Shown piece by piece: positions 10,459 to 21,029 of a stretch of 64,000 nucleotides of DNA. Location: NCBI GenBank assembly GCA_963737905.1, contig CAVTUQ010000004.1:64001-128000 (forward strand). Direction: 5' to 3'. The position numbers and the translations under genes were made by a program. Under the pieces are notes generated by a model. It did not search any database. It was not told the DNA's origin and saw only the letters and a program-made list of their open reading frames with translations. The number at the start of each line of letters is the position of its first letter. Positions within the stretch are counted from its first letter, which is position 1. The stretch is from an uncultured delta proteobacterium. GTDB taxonomy: Bacteria; Desulfobacterota; Binatia; UBA9968.

Positions 10459-11373
10459 ATGGAAAAATCATCCGAGAAAGAAATCACCACGGCGACTCTT
10501 ACAGTTTTCGCCCTTATCGCCTTTGCCGCCAACTCGGTCTTATGCCGATTGGCGCTCGGCCAGTCGGCCATCGATCCTGCAAGTTACACGGCGGTCAGGC
10601 TGATCACAGGAGCGGTCACTTTGTGGATCATCACTCGCTTCCTCCGGGCCGGATCCTTCGGGAAGTCCGGCGGCAGCTGGATTTCTGCAGCAATGCTTTT
10701 TCTATATGCGGTAACCTTTTCTTTCGCCTACCTAAGCTTGAGCGCGGGAACTGGCGCGTTGATTCTATTCGCAGCGGTGCAAATTACGATGATCGCGGTT
10801 GGCCTCTATGCGGGCGAAAGACCGGAGCTATTGGAGTGGCTGGGATTATTCATCGCCATTGCTGGCCTGATTTATTTAGTGTTTCCCGGGATCACCGCCC
10901 CGTCCATCCTCGGATCGCTACTCATGGCCACCGCCGGCATCGCCTGGGGTGTTTACTCTCTCAGAGGCCGAGGAGCCAGTGATCCTGTCAGTGTCACCAC
11001 GGACAATTTTCTACGCACAGTGCCCTTGGCCCTCGGTCTCATCTTGTTATGGCTATCGACGCTGACTATAACCCCGATGGGTTTTCTCTGGGCAGCCCTA
11101 TCCGGATCCATCACGTCGGGAGTCGGCTATGTCCTATGGTATGCGGCGCTGCCTCGCCTGACAGCGACACGGGCGGCCACGGTCCAGCTAGCACCGGCAC
11201 CGCTAGCAGCACTTGGCGGAGTTGTCGTTTTATCTGAAGCGATTAGTCTGCGTCTGGTGATATCGTCTGTGGTGATTCTGGGTGGGGTCGGCCTGGCGGC
11301 TTCCCGCCGCACGTCCGTTTCCAAGCGGCCAGAGTCTTTAACCGCTGTCGTACAGACTTCCATCAGAGACTAA
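10459..11373 (+). CDS. DMT/EamA family transporter
   Basis: ALIAFAANSVLCRLAL and SGVGYVLWYAALP motifs; multiple TM segments; starts 5 nt after the read-through methyltransferase stop. Confidence 0.9.
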   Translation: MEKSSEKEITTATLTVFALIAFAANSVLCRLALGQSAIDPASYTAVRLITGAVTLWIITRFLRAGSFGKSGGSWISAAMLFLYAVTFSFAYLSLSAGTGALILFAAVQITMIAVGLYAGERPELLEWLGLFIAIAGLIYLVFPGITAPSILGSLLMATAGIAWGVYSLRGRGASDPVSVTTDNFLRTVPLALGLILLWLSTLTITPMGFLWAALSGSITSGVGYVLWYAALPRLTATRAATVQLAPAPLAALGGVVVLSEAISLRLVISSVVILGGVGLAASRRTSVSKRPESLTAVVQTSIRD

Positions 11374-11533
11374 AAGCGACTTAAGATCTCACAGCAAACA
11401 GAATTTTTCGTTGCCGAAGTTCTTTAATCGACACGCGGCACATTCTGTATGTTTCACATGTTTCTCGGCGTCCACGTCCGACCGTGGATGCTCAACTCAT
11501 TTTTGAACTGGGAGTGAGATCTCAGATGATGAC

Positions 11534-11983
11534 TCATGCGAGGCGGACAACGATCACCCCCATCACTACCATGCAAACCAGTTGTGTAAAAAAGAAAATA
11601 AACCTCAGGGTTACTGCGAAGTTGGTAGGCGTGAGGGCGATATGGACGATGGTCTGGCAAACGCGGGCCGCCAGCAATAGGATCGCCAACCGATCCAGCG
11701 TAACGCTCCGGATGCCGGTCGCGACAATGGCCACCACCACCGCCGTGTAGAGTGGCAGGTTCTCCAGACAGTTGGCATGAGCGCGCATGGCCCGCTGGTA
11801 CCAATCGCTTCCATGTGGCTCGTCGGCCGGAAATTCCTTAATCGCTGCTCGTCCCGTCAAAATCCGACTCCATCGATACCAGCCGATGGTGCTCAGAAGC
11901 GTGATTGCAGTCCACGTCGCAAAACCCAACAAGACCCAGATCGGGATTGACACGAATCCAACCCTCTGCTTGAACTGGGCCAA
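11534..11983 (-). CDS. MAPEG family membrane protein
   Basis: RAMRAHANCLENLP motif, about 4 TM segments; true start may be GTG near 11953. Confidence 0.85.
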   Translation of the reverse strand: MAQFKQRVGFVSIPIWVLLGFATWTAITLLSTIGWYRWSRILTGRAAIKEFPADEPHGSDWYQRAMRAHANCLENLPLYTAVVVAIVATGIRSVTLDRLAILLLAARVCQTIVHIALTPTNFAVTLRFIFFFTQLVCMVVMGVIVVRLA

Positions 11984-12160
11984 AATTCTTTCGCCGCACG
12001 TGCGGTGGCCATGAGACCTGGCGCTCAGGAGTCAATGCTTCGACAATCTGGACCGGTGGGTCTATGCAGACAAAATCTACTAGGAGTTCACACCTCCGGC
12101 CAATTAGACGGCTTGAACGACTGCAACGTTTGGAACGGCTGGAACTGTCCCGAGTCGGCC

Positions 12161-13909
12161 TCACACCATCTGCATGTACACATCGACCAGGGCCGGTCGT
12201 TTTTCTTCTTTGATGACCTTGATCGCCCGTTCCACCGCCGGGCGAATCTTCTCCGGTTCGGTGATCGGCCCCTCGCCGTGAACGCTAAAGGTGCGGGCCA
12301 AGTTGGCAAAGTCCACCGGGGGCTTGGCCATTTCCATACCCACGAGTTTGTTCTCCACCGGCCGGCCGCGGTGGATCGCGACCTTTTCCTGATGCTCCAC
12401 GTCGTTGTAATAAACCCGATTGTTGGTCATTACCGTCAACAAAGGCACTCCGGTGTTGGCCGCAGTCCACAGGGCGCTCGGTGTGTACAGCATCTCGCCG
12501 TCGCGCTGCAAATTGACGCAGATCTTGCCCGTGCCCCGATAGGGTAGCGACGCGCCGACGGACGCGGCGGGACCGTAGCCTAATCCGCCACCGCCATAGC
12601 CGCCGAGAAAAAGGCCGGGTTTATCCCAAGTCCAGAGACGGCTCGGCCAGCCGCGAAAAGCCCCGGCGACCAGCAGCCAGTCTTCCTTCTTGAGCGCTTC
12701 CCAAATTTCGTAGGCCAAGCGCGGCGGCGCGATGGGCCGCTCGTCCCAACGCTTTTTGAGATCCGCTTGCCAGCGCGCGTGAACTTCCTCGTGCTGCCCC
12801 GTCATCGCCTTGCGCCGGTCATCGACGACGCTGTTGGAAAATTTGCCCTGCTTTTTGATTTCTTCAGCCAAAGCCGGGAGAAAAACTCTCGTGTTCGCGA
12901 CGATGGGCAGATCCACCGGCGCCAGTTGTTGAAAATCGCTGGTCCAACTCCGCACCGAGAGATCGTTGAGCGTCACGTTGATCACCTTGCAGCCGGGCTT
13001 GGTCGCAGGGGCGGTCGCGTGGGTCGCGGGGTCCTGCTTGACCAGAGCGCCGAATAGATCGGTCATGTCTAGCCCCATGATGACGTCGGCGTTGGCGATC
13101 AGCTCGCGGTTCTTGCCGGTAAGATTCAACGAATGCGTGTTGGGAAAATTCATGCGCGCGCCGAAATCGATGACCGGGATCGACAACAGATCGGCGAGCG
13201 CCACCAGGCTCATCACCGCGTCGTTATTCCGGCCCACGTAATCAGCGAGGATCACCGGATTCTGCGCCGTCGACAATAGTCGCGCTGCTTCTTTGATCGC
13301 ATCGTAGTCCGCTTGCAGCGGCGCCGGGGGACGGAAGCGGCTCGGATCGGGCAGCGGGATCTCTTTTTCGATCGCGGCCTCCTGATCGGTGACATCGAAG
13401 CAGAGATAGACCGGCCCGCCCGGGTCGCTCATGGCGATGCGATAGCCTCGCATGATCGAGGACGGAAACGCTTCGACGCCCACGGGTTGGTCGTCCCACT
13501 TGACGAAGTCGCGCACCAGATTACCCTGCACCTGCGCCGTATGGATCCAGTCGATCCACGGGCGGCGTTTACTCGAATTCATCGGCCCTGTGCCGCCCAT
13601 GACCATCACCGGCGTGTGGTCGCACCAGGCGTTGTAGATCGCCATGGAAGCGTGCTGCAGGCCGACCACGTTGTGGACGATGGCGGGCATGATCTTACCC
13701 GTCGCTTTGGCGTAACCATGCGCCACCGCGACGGCGATCTCTTCGTGACAGCAGAGAATCATCTCCGGATTGGGTTGTCGGCCGCTCTCATAATTCACTA
13801 GAGAATCGTGAATTCCGCGAAAGCTCGACCCCGGGTTGAGTGCGACGTATTCAATGCCAAGGATTTTCAACAGATCAACGACGAGATCCGATCCATAACG
13901 CGCTGCCAT
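12161..13909 (-). CDS. Thiamine pyrophosphate-binding enzyme (acetolactate synthase/benzoylformate decarboxylase-like)
   Basis: NPGSSFRGIHDS, HEEIAVAVAHGYAK, RDGEMLY...NN ThDP motif. Confidence 0.92.
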   Translation of the reverse strand: MAARYGSDLVVDLLKILGIEYVALNPGSSFRGIHDSLVNYESGRQPNPEMILCCHEEIAVAVAHGYAKATGKIMPAIVHNVVGLQHASMAIYNAWCDHTPVMVMGGTGPMNSSKRRPWIDWIHTAQVQGNLVRDFVKWDDQPVGVEAFPSSIMRGYRIAMSDPGGPVYLCFDVTDQEAAIEKEIPLPDPSRFRPPAPLQADYDAIKEAARLLSTAQNPVILADYVGRNNDAVMSLVALADLLSIPVIDFGARMNFPNTHSLNLTGKNRELIANADVIMGLDMTDLFGALVKQDPATHATAPATKPGCKVINVTLNDLSVRSWTSDFQQLAPVDLPIVANTRVFLPALAEEIKKQGKFSNSVVDDRRKAMTGQHEEVHARWQADLKKRWDERPIAPPRLAYEIWEALKKEDWLLVAGAFRGWPSRLWTWDKPGLFLGGYGGGGLGYGPAASVGASLPYRGTGKICVNLQRDGEMLYTPSALWTAANTGVPLLTVMTNNRVYYNDVEHQEKVAIHRGRPVENKLVGMEMAKPPVDFANLARTFSVHGEGPITEPEKIRPAVERAIKVIKEEKRPALVDVYMQMV

Positions 13910-13989
13910 AAATACCTCCTCGACGATTATTGACTTGAACAGCGACCGAGGACCGAGTCCCCTTCGCTAATGGGCAATGCGCCTCTACA

Positions 13990-14059
13990 GTTCAAAGTTC
14001 AAGGTTCAAAGGGGGAGGGGGGATAAATACCTTGAACCTGGAACGTTGAACTTTTGAAC
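13990..14059. repeat. Heptamer tandem repeats arranged as an inverted repeat
   Basis: (GTTCAAR)x3 at 13990-14010 opposite TTGAAC-type units at 14032-14059. Confidence 0.75.
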
Positions 14060-14072
14060 GGCCCTTTGGGCC

Positions 14073-15161
14073 CTAGTGAACGGTGGCCGACTGAGACGCC
14101 GCCTGTAACGGCTGTGGAATTTCCATGTCGTAGAGCTTTGCCACGTTGGTGCAAACAAGTTTCCTGCGCACGTCTGCCGGCAAGTGCCCCAGGTCGCGAT
14201 CGATATATTTTTTCGACTCCGGCCATGTGGAATTCCCGTGGGGATAATCGTTGGACCACATACAGTTGTCCTGACCCCACCATTCGAAACTATGGCCCGC
14301 CGCGGTGTCGCGGAAGAACGTCCCATAGACCTGTCGGTTGAAATATTCGCTGGGGTTTTTCGTGATCGGCGGAGGATTCACGCCTTTGAACCTGTTGTAA
14401 TAATAATCCCACTGCTGGAGCATGAACGGCATCCATCCGATCTCATTCTCGACGCTGACGAACCTGAGCTTGGGATATCGATCCAAGACTCCGTAGAAAA
14501 TCAGTTCAAAAAACGCATCGATGATTTCCTTGAGCTTCAGATTCACGCTGCCCCGATAGGCCTCGACGCCTGTTCGCTTGTTACCGAACACGGTTTCCTT
14601 GTGGTAGCCATGCCCGGTGAGGATATGCAGATTCACCGGCATGTTGAGATCCTGGGAAGCCGCCCAGAACTTATTGTAATGCTCCGAATGAAACGGTAGG
14701 TCCGGATGTGGCGCCTGCCAGATGATCGATCCCTTGAGACCGGCCTTCGCGCAACGCTCCAGCTCCTTTACCGCCGCGTCGATGTCATAAACCGAGATCG
14801 CGCCGATACCAATCAAACGATTGGGAGCAACCTTACAATACTCAAACAACCAATCGTTGTACGCTCGGAAACAGGCCTCTTGAAGCTTCGCGTCGTCCAT
14901 GGCGAAGTGCGGCAGCAGGTTGGTCGGGTAAAGCACCTCGGCGCTGAGCCCGTCGGTTTCCATCTCCTTGATTCGGCAATTTGGATCCGACCCACCTGGA
15001 TGCGTCTGAAAGCTTTCTCCCACTTTGAGCTGGGGAAAAACCGGAGCTTGTTCTCGGAACGACGGCGCAACTCGCTCCTTCACGGTGTTGGGTGGTTCCA
15101 TCACGTGGGAGTCCGAAGAAATCAGCACCTCACAACCTGCATTATTTCCATTGCCAGCCAT
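14073..15161 (-). CDS. Amidohydrolase_2 family protein
   Basis: ISSDSHVMEP, PVNLHI, ENEIGWMP, MWSNDYPH. Confidence 0.92.
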   Translation of the reverse strand: MAGNGNNAGCEVLISSDSHVMEPPNTVKERVAPSFREQAPVFPQLKVGESFQTHPGGSDPNCRIKEMETDGLSAEVLYPTNLLPHFAMDDAKLQEACFRAYNDWLFEYCKVAPNRLIGIGAISVYDIDAAVKELERCAKAGLKGSIIWQAPHPDLPFHSEHYNKFWAASQDLNMPVNLHILTGHGYHKETVFGNKRTGVEAYRGSVNLKLKEIIDAFFELIFYGVLDRYPKLRFVSVENEIGWMPFMLQQWDYYYNRFKGVNPPPITKNPSEYFNRQVYGTFFRDTAAGHSFEWWGQDNCMWSNDYPHGNSTWPESKKYIDRDLGHLPADVRRKLVCTNVAKLYDMEIPQPLQAASQSATVH

Positions 15162-15361
15162 AAAATCTTCCTCCTTTAGCCATATGTATATGGTTACCTA
15201 TTCATTAACCGCAAAAAACTCAAAGTTCGCAAAGTTTTCGAAAAAACTTCTCTTTGTGTTTTATGCGTTCTTTGCGGTCAAGTTTCTCCTCAATCCTAGC
15301 GACTATTGCAGGTCTACCACCACAGACCTCAACGGGTCAACCGGGCGCGAGCACGCTCACA

Positions 15362-15428
15362 GTTTCGAGTCTCGCGTTTCGAGTTTCGTGTTTTAAACCC
15401 GAGACTAGAAACCCGAAACACGGAACTG
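15362..15428. repeat. Heptamer tandem repeats arranged as an inverted repeat
   Basis: GTTTCGA GTCTCGC GTTTCGA GTTTCGT opposite AAACCCG AGACTAG AAACCCG AAACACG. Confidence 0.7.
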
Positions 15429-15450
15429 AAAAGGCCGAGCCAGGCCTTTT
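15429..15450 (-). terminator. Possible intrinsic terminator
   Basis: AAAAGGCC-N6-GGCCTTTT immediately after the stop of the substrate-binding protein gene. Confidence 0.4.
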
Positions 15451-16427
15451 CAGAAGAGCCCTTCTTTTTCCAACTTCCGCGCGATGCGCTCGTCGATGAC
15501 ATCTTCGGCTTTGAGCTTGCGAATCTGCTCGTTGCTTCTGCCGAGAATACGGATCACGTTGCGCAGGCCATCGACGTTGGCATAAATCCGCCGGTCGTAA
15601 AGGACCTTCATCATGTCATAGCCCGCCTCCGCGTCTTCTACCTTTGACAAGCGCAAGGTGCGCATCAAGCTCCGGATAACCGTAGGTTTGTTTTCAGGAG
15701 TATTGATGAATTTAATGGTCTCGATCATCGCTCTAAGGTAGCGCTCTACGGTGTCGGGCGAGCGGTCGACAAAGCTCCGCCGCGCCATGATGCCCAGACC
15801 CTGAAACGGGATGCCGAGCGTGAGAAGATCGGCCAGAACGCGGAAACCCTGCCGCTCTAGTTGAGCCCCAAACGCATAACCGAGATACGCCCCATCGATA
15901 ATGCCGCCGGTTGCAAGCGCTTGAGCCATAACCCCCTGATCGCCGATGATCCGAAACTGAATGTTGTCACGCTCCGGATTGATCCCCCAGTGATCAAAAG
16001 CCAGCATGCTGAACATCCACACGCCCCCGCCGATACTTTGGACGCCGATCCTTTTGCCCTTGAGATCCGCCGGCGTCTTGATATTGGGAGCGACCACGAA
16101 CGTGCCATCGAGCTTGTTAATCAAACCTGCGACGAAGACCAAGTCGAGTCCGCCGGCCATCGCGCCGATGGATGCACCCGTAGCCGAACCGCCGTGAAAT
16201 TGCGTCTCTCCGGCAGCGAGCGCCGACAAGCCGACCGCGCCGCTCCGCACGTTGACGACTTGAGCATCCAGACCATACTTTTGAAAAATCCCCGCATCTT
16301 TAGCCACAAAAAGCACGCCACTGCGCTCGTTCAACCCGCCATAAGTGACGACGATCTTTGTCGGCGCCGAAGCGGCAAAACGGCAGGAGAAAAGCCCAGT
16401 GTCAAAACTAGAACGATCAAACAACAT
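15450..16427 (-). CDS. ABC substrate-binding protein (NMT1/SsuA-like)
   Basis: LFVAKDAGIFQKYGLD and DLKGKRIGV motifs; the N-terminus or signal may be frameshifted. Confidence 0.9.
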   Translation of the reverse strand: MLFDRSSFDTGLFSCRFAASAPTKIVVTYGGLNERSGVLFVAKDAGIFQKYGLDAQVVNVRSGAVGLSALAAGETQFHGGSATGASIGAMAGGLDLVFVAGLINKLDGTFVVAPNIKTPADLKGKRIGVQSIGGGVWMFSMLAFDHWGINPERDNIQFRIIGDQGVMAQALATGGIIDGAYLGYAFGAQLERQGFRVLADLLTLGIPFQGLGIMARRSFVDRSPDTVERYLRAMIETIKFINTPENKPTVIRSLMRTLRLSKVEDAEAGYDMMKVLYDRRIYANVDGLRNVIRILGRSNEQIRKLKAEDVIDERIARKLEKEGLF

Positions 16428-16662
16428 CGCATCCGATACTCCATCACTTTATTATCTCCTCTTTCCCATCGACGACTTCTTGTACTCCGTGCACATCTCG
16501 GATTGCAAGCGCATCGGTTTATGACTTCTGTTCGCTTCAGGTCGCCGGAGCCCTCTATGAAATCCGGTCGAGCCGGGGTAAACCCGGCACCCGGAGCAAG
16601 TCTTGACGCGCGCTTTCAATTGACCATAATGGTCAAGTAGGACAAACCAGAAAGGAATATCT

Positions 16663-16953
16663 ATGAAGACTACAACCGTCTCAAAACTCAAGGCTTCTCT
16701 CAGTGAGTATCTACGATCGGTCAAGGCAGGCGAAGAAGTCCTAGTCACTGAACGCGGGCGCCCTATTGCCAAGCTCACTCCGGTCGCAAGTTCCGACATT
16801 CTGCCTGATCACTTGGTCGAAATGGAAAAACAGGGTTTCATCAAAATCGGCTCAGGAAAGTTGCCGAAGGGTTTTTGGGATCTTCCGCGGCCCAAAGATC
16901 CTAAGGGGTTGGTTCTCAAGACTGCTTTACGGGAACGGGAGGAGGGCTGGTGA
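16663..16953 (+). CDS. Phd/YefM family antitoxin
   Basis: VSKLKASLSEYLRSVKAGEEVLVTERGRPIAKL. Confidence 0.92.
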   Translation: MKTTTVSKLKASLSEYLRSVKAGEEVLVTERGRPIAKLTPVASSDILPDHLVEMEKQGFIKIGSGKLPKGFWDLPRPKDPKGLVLKTALREREEGW

Positions 16954-17382
16954 AATTCTGGGACACATCCGCGGTTGTCCCTCTGTGCGTAATCGAGCCC
17001 ATTACCGGAACCGTTAAATCAATTCTCACTGGAGACCCTTCGCTCGTCGTTTGGTGGGCAACGAGGACTGAATGTGTCTCAGCCCTCAACCGGCAAACCC
17101 GAGAAGGCAGCTTGCGTATCGAGGACGAACACCAGGCACATCACGTACTAAGGCAACTTGCGGACGCCTGGACCGAGGTTCAACCGAGCGAAATTAATCG
17201 TGGGACCGCAGAGCGGCTACTTGCGTGCATGCTCTCAGAGCTGCAGATGCTTTTCAGTTAGCGCCGCTTTGCATTGGTGTCAAAGACAGCCGGTGAACAG
17301 AGAGCTGGTCTCCTTCGACACCCGGTTGCGAAACGCGGCATACAAAGAAGGATTCACGCTCCGTCCCGCCCAGATTCACTGA
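16950..17382 (+). CDS. vapC: VapC (PIN) toxin, frameshifted near 17225-17265
   Basis: FWDTSAVVPL start; HALRAADAFQL and VSFDTRLRNAAYKEGF lie in shifted frames; GTGA overlap with the antitoxin. Confidence 0.85.
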
Positions 17383-17448
17383 GCAGTATACGTGAAGGCA
17401 CCGCGCGGAAAATCTTCGTCCGGGTTTCTGGATGCTCGATGTAACCGA

Positions 17449-20400
17449 TTATGTAAGTTCCTCCAGTAATGCTTTTGCCTCTTTCAAGTCGGCCGTGTCA
17501 AACCCTTCAGTAAACCAGCCGTAAATATCACCTAGCAATTTTCGCGCTTTTCCTGTCTTACCTTGCTTCTGCCACAGCCGACTCATGCTCATCGCTGCCC
17601 GTAACTCCAACGACTTCGCTTGCTGTCGGCGTGAAATCTCGATAGCCTCCGAAAAACTCTCCTCTGCAGAACGGTGAACGAACTCCGCTTTCTGCATTCC
17701 AGGCTCTGCATTCAAAAGAAGCTCGCCTTTCAGCCGATGTAGCTCTGCCTCGTAATACCACCCTCCGTTTTTGTGCGACCAAGCTACTTCGGACAGCACA
17801 GTCAATCCCTCCTCTGCCTTCTTCACTTTCCCATAAATCTTCGCTAGGAGAACCAGATAATGCGACCGGGCCACTTCTGCGCCTGTGGTCTTATAGGCGA
17901 GCAGACCCTGGCACATTTGTGCAACGCCTTTCTCTGCTGTTTGTCCTTCATCGGCCAGTGCCCAACCGCGTAGGATGGTTCCCTGCGTAAACCAGTAAGG
18001 GAACCCATACTTGCTTGCGAGCGCCAGGAGTGCCTCCGCTCGCTCTTGGACTGCTTCACGCTCTCGACGGAATTCATGGAGCCAGGCAGCATAGCCCAGG
18101 GCCTCAGCTAAGGTTAGGGGATGAGACAATTCCTCGGCGAGAGCTAGCGCGTCTTGACTTCTCTTCAGGGCCCGGTCCGGATAGCCAAGCAACCACAGCG
18201 CCAAGGCTCCAAAGTCCCTGCAGCACACCCCGGGGTCGTGCCCACCATAGAGAAAGGCCAGGACGCGGTGCTGTGGGGAATCATACAGATCAATCCCATG
18301 TTCCGAGTGTGCTCTGGCTAGAGTCAACTCTCCAATAAAGAACGAGTTGGCCCACATCGCGTGATGGGCTTCGAGGAGAAGACCGGCGTCACGCAGGTGC
18401 TGAGCCAGACTAAAGAGTTGCGTGGCTAGATCTCTCGCTGTTTGCAACTCTCCCCGCTGTAGATGAAGTAGCCATAGTCCCCACAATACGGGGAAAAGCT
18501 GCGAGGTCTCGCCTACCTGTTGGCACAATTCCCGTGCCCGCAGGTACACGGGTTCGATTTCTGGCGCGCCGAAACCTTTGGTTGACTGGAGCGCCGGGCC
18601 AAGGGCGAGCAGCAGAGCGAGCTCTTGCTTTTCGCGTTCGTCACTTAACGGCAACGTCTCGACGACTTCCAACGCTCTCGTGAAATAGGCCACCGCCTCT
18701 AAGTTCGCCGAACGCGATAACGCCTTGGTCCCGGCTTCGCGGAGATACATAACCGCTTTGTCCCACACCTCTCCCCTGACGGCATGGTCAGCCAAGCGCT
18801 CCACTTGTTCGCCGAGTCTGTCCCGGTAAAGCTGCTCCGTTATTTCGACGATTCGCGTATGAAGCGCGCGCCGGCGATCTTGCAACAGCGTTCCGTAAGC
18901 AACCTCGTGTGTAAGGGCGTGCTTAAAGGTGTATTCGATATCCGGAAAGAGACTCGTCTCGTAAAGAAACTCCGCGGCCTGAAGCCGAATCAGTCCACGT
19001 CTGACTTCTTCTTCGGACTGATCCGCGATGGCTTGAAGCAGCGCAAATGGAACGTCCTTGCCTATAACGGCCGCCGATTGAAGAAGACGTTTCTCATCTA
19101 GCGCAAGTCTATCAATCCGAGCGGCTAACACTGCCTGTACGGTTGCCGGTACCTGCGTGCTCTCAATCGGTCTGGCAAGACGATAATTTCCCCGCTCGCC
19201 CGCTAGCAGTTTGGTCTCCACTAATGTGCGAACGCTCTCCTCGATGAAAAAAGGGTTCCCTTCCGTTCGCTCGATCAATAGCTTTTTCAATGGCGCGAGG
19301 CTCGAATCACTTCCCAAAAGTGCCTGGAGCAGTTCCTCCGCGCTTTCAGGCGGCAGAGGATCAATCCGGAGTTGGCTGTAATAGGTCTTGCTCCCCCAGC
19401 CGTGCTGGTACTCCGGCCGATAGTTGACCAACAGCAGAAGTCGCGCAGTCGGAAGACTCTCAATCAAGCTATCCAGGAAAGACTGGGTCTCCGAATCGAT
19501 CCAGTGAAGATCTTCGATGACCAAGAGCAAAGGTTGGATTTGGCTCTCTCGTAGCAGCAAACGCTTGATTGCCTCTAGGGTGCGCTGGCGGCGCTGTGGA
19601 GGATCCGAGCTCTGCCACACTTGGTCCTCGAGCGTCAAGTCTAAGAGCGCCAGGAACGCAGGCAGTGTGGGCTCTAGAGACTTATCCAGTGTCAGGAGCT
19701 TCCCTGTAACTTTCTCGCGAATCTTCCGCACATCGTCTCGGTCTTCAATGGTGAAGTATGCCTTGAGCAGGTCGATCACTGGAAGATACGCAGTCGCTTT
19801 GCCGTAAGAGACCGAGCCGCTTTCAAGGATAAGCCAGTCCACGGTACGGCGAGAATGAGCGAACTCCCAGAACAGACGGGACTTGCCTACCCCCGGCTCA
19901 CCGACAAGGGCTACCACCTGGCCGTGGCCGCTGCCTGCCTTATCGAGAGCGCGGCGGAGAGTCTCAAGCTCAGTATCGCGTCCGACGAAGCGCGTGAAAC
20001 CGCGCGCGGCTGCTGCTTGCAGCCGAGAACGTGTGGCTCCAACTCCAGTAACCTCATAAACTTCCACCGGCTCAGTTAGTCCCTTGACGTTGACCGGGCC
20101 AAGCGACTTCACCTGCACATAGCCTTCGGCTAGTTGTAGTGTGTCCGCGGTCATCATGATCGACCCCGGCATCGCCATCTGTTCCATCCGTGCGGCCAAA
20201 TGGGTGGTCTGCCCAACGGCCGTGTAATCCATCTTCAGGTCGCTGCCGATCGATCTGACTACGACTTCTCCAGAATTCACGCCAACTCGAATCTGAATCG
20301 GAATGCCCTCAGTTCTCTGAATGCTCTCTGCATACTTCTTCACCGACTCCTGCATCCTGAGCGCGGAGTAACAGGCTCGCACTGCATGATCTTCATTCGC

Positions 20401-20844
20401 GAGCGGCGCACCAAAAAGCGCCATGATGCCGTCGCCCATGACTTGATTGACGGTTCCCTCATATCGGTGCACCGCTTCCATCATGTGCTCGAGCACCGGG
20501 TCAAGAATCTTCCGCGCTTCCTCCGGGTCACGGTCCGCAAGTAACTCCATCGATCCTTTTATATCCGCGAACAGCACCGTCACCTGCTTGCGTTCACCTT
20601 CGAGGGCGCTCTTGGAAGTCAAAATCTTCTCGGCGAGGTGTTTGGGGGTATAAGTTTCGGGAGAAATGAAGCGCGTGGCTATAGCCGGTTGAGCACTCAC
20701 CGATTGCCCACACTCGAGACAGAACTTCGCCCCCGCAGGAAGCTCTGTGCCGCACGCGGCGCATTTTAGGGCCAGCACAGTTCCGCACTCGAGGCAAAAT
20801 TTTGCCTGCGGCGGATTCTCCTGCTGGCAGCGCAGACATTTCAT
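17449..20844 (-). CDS. Class III nucleotidyl cyclase - AAA ATPase - TPR protein with N-terminal double zinc ribbon
   Basis: Repeated CxxC, VTVLFADIKGS, MGDGIMALFGAP, GEPGVGKS Walker A, IEDLHW, FKHALTHEVAY, C-terminal WFTEGFDTADL. Confidence 0.95.
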   Translation of the reverse strand: MKCLRCQQENPPQAKFCLECGTVLALKCAACGTELPAGAKFCLECGQSVSAQPAIATRFISPETYTPKHLAEKILTSKSALEGERKQVTVLFADIKGSMELLADRDPEEARKILDPVLEHMMEAVHRYEGTVNQVMGDGIMALFGAPLANEDHAVRACYSALRMQESVKKYAESIQRTEGIPIQIRVGVNSGEVVVRSIGSDLKMDYTAVGQTTHLAARMEQMAMPGSIMMTADTLQLAEGYVQVKSLGPVNVKGLTEPVEVYEVTGVGATRSRLQAAAARGFTRFVGRDTELETLRRALDKAGSGHGQVVALVGEPGVGKSRLFWEFAHSRRTVDWLILESGSVSYGKATAYLPVIDLLKAYFTIEDRDDVRKIREKVTGKLLTLDKSLEPTLPAFLALLDLTLEDQVWQSSDPPQRRQRTLEAIKRLLLRESQIQPLLLVIEDLHWIDSETQSFLDSLIESLPTARLLLLVNYRPEYQHGWGSKTYYSQLRIDPLPPESAEELLQALLGSDSSLAPLKKLLIERTEGNPFFIEESVRTLVETKLLAGERGNYRLARPIESTQVPATVQAVLAARIDRLALDEKRLLQSAAVIGKDVPFALLQAIADQSEEEVRRGLIRLQAAEFLYETSLFPDIEYTFKHALTHEVAYGTLLQDRRRALHTRIVEITEQLYRDRLGEQVERLADHAVRGEVWDKAVMYLREAGTKALSRSANLEAVAYFTRALEVVETLPLSDEREKQELALLLALGPALQSTKGFGAPEIEPVYLRARELCQQVGETSQLFPVLWGLWLLHLQRGELQTARDLATQLFSLAQHLRDAGLLLEAHHAMWANSFFIGELTLARAHSEHGIDLYDSPQHRVLAFLYGGHDPGVCCRDFGALALWLLGYPDRALKRSQDALALAEELSHPLTLAEALGYAAWLHEFRREREAVQERAEALLALASKYGFPYWFTQGTILRGWALADEGQTAEKGVAQMCQGLLAYKTTGAEVARSHYLVLLAKIYGKVKKAEEGLTVLSEVAWSHKNGGWYYEAELHRLKGELLLNAEPGMQKAEFVHRSAEESFSEAIEISRRQQAKSLELRAAMSMSRLWQKQGKTGKARKLLGDIYGWFTEGFDTADLKEAKALLEELT

Positions 20845-21029
20845 AATCCGGCCTTCTCGCCTAAATTTCTGGATCTCCAGACTTCAGTACGAACGTTTCG
20901 GATTGCTCACCACGGAGTCGCCGAGGACGCGGAGAAAAATTTTTTGATCGAGGAATACTTCTATCTTTGCGAACTCTATGTCTCCGCGGTGAATACTCTT
21001 TCACAGTAAACTCGAAAGCGCCATATTTC

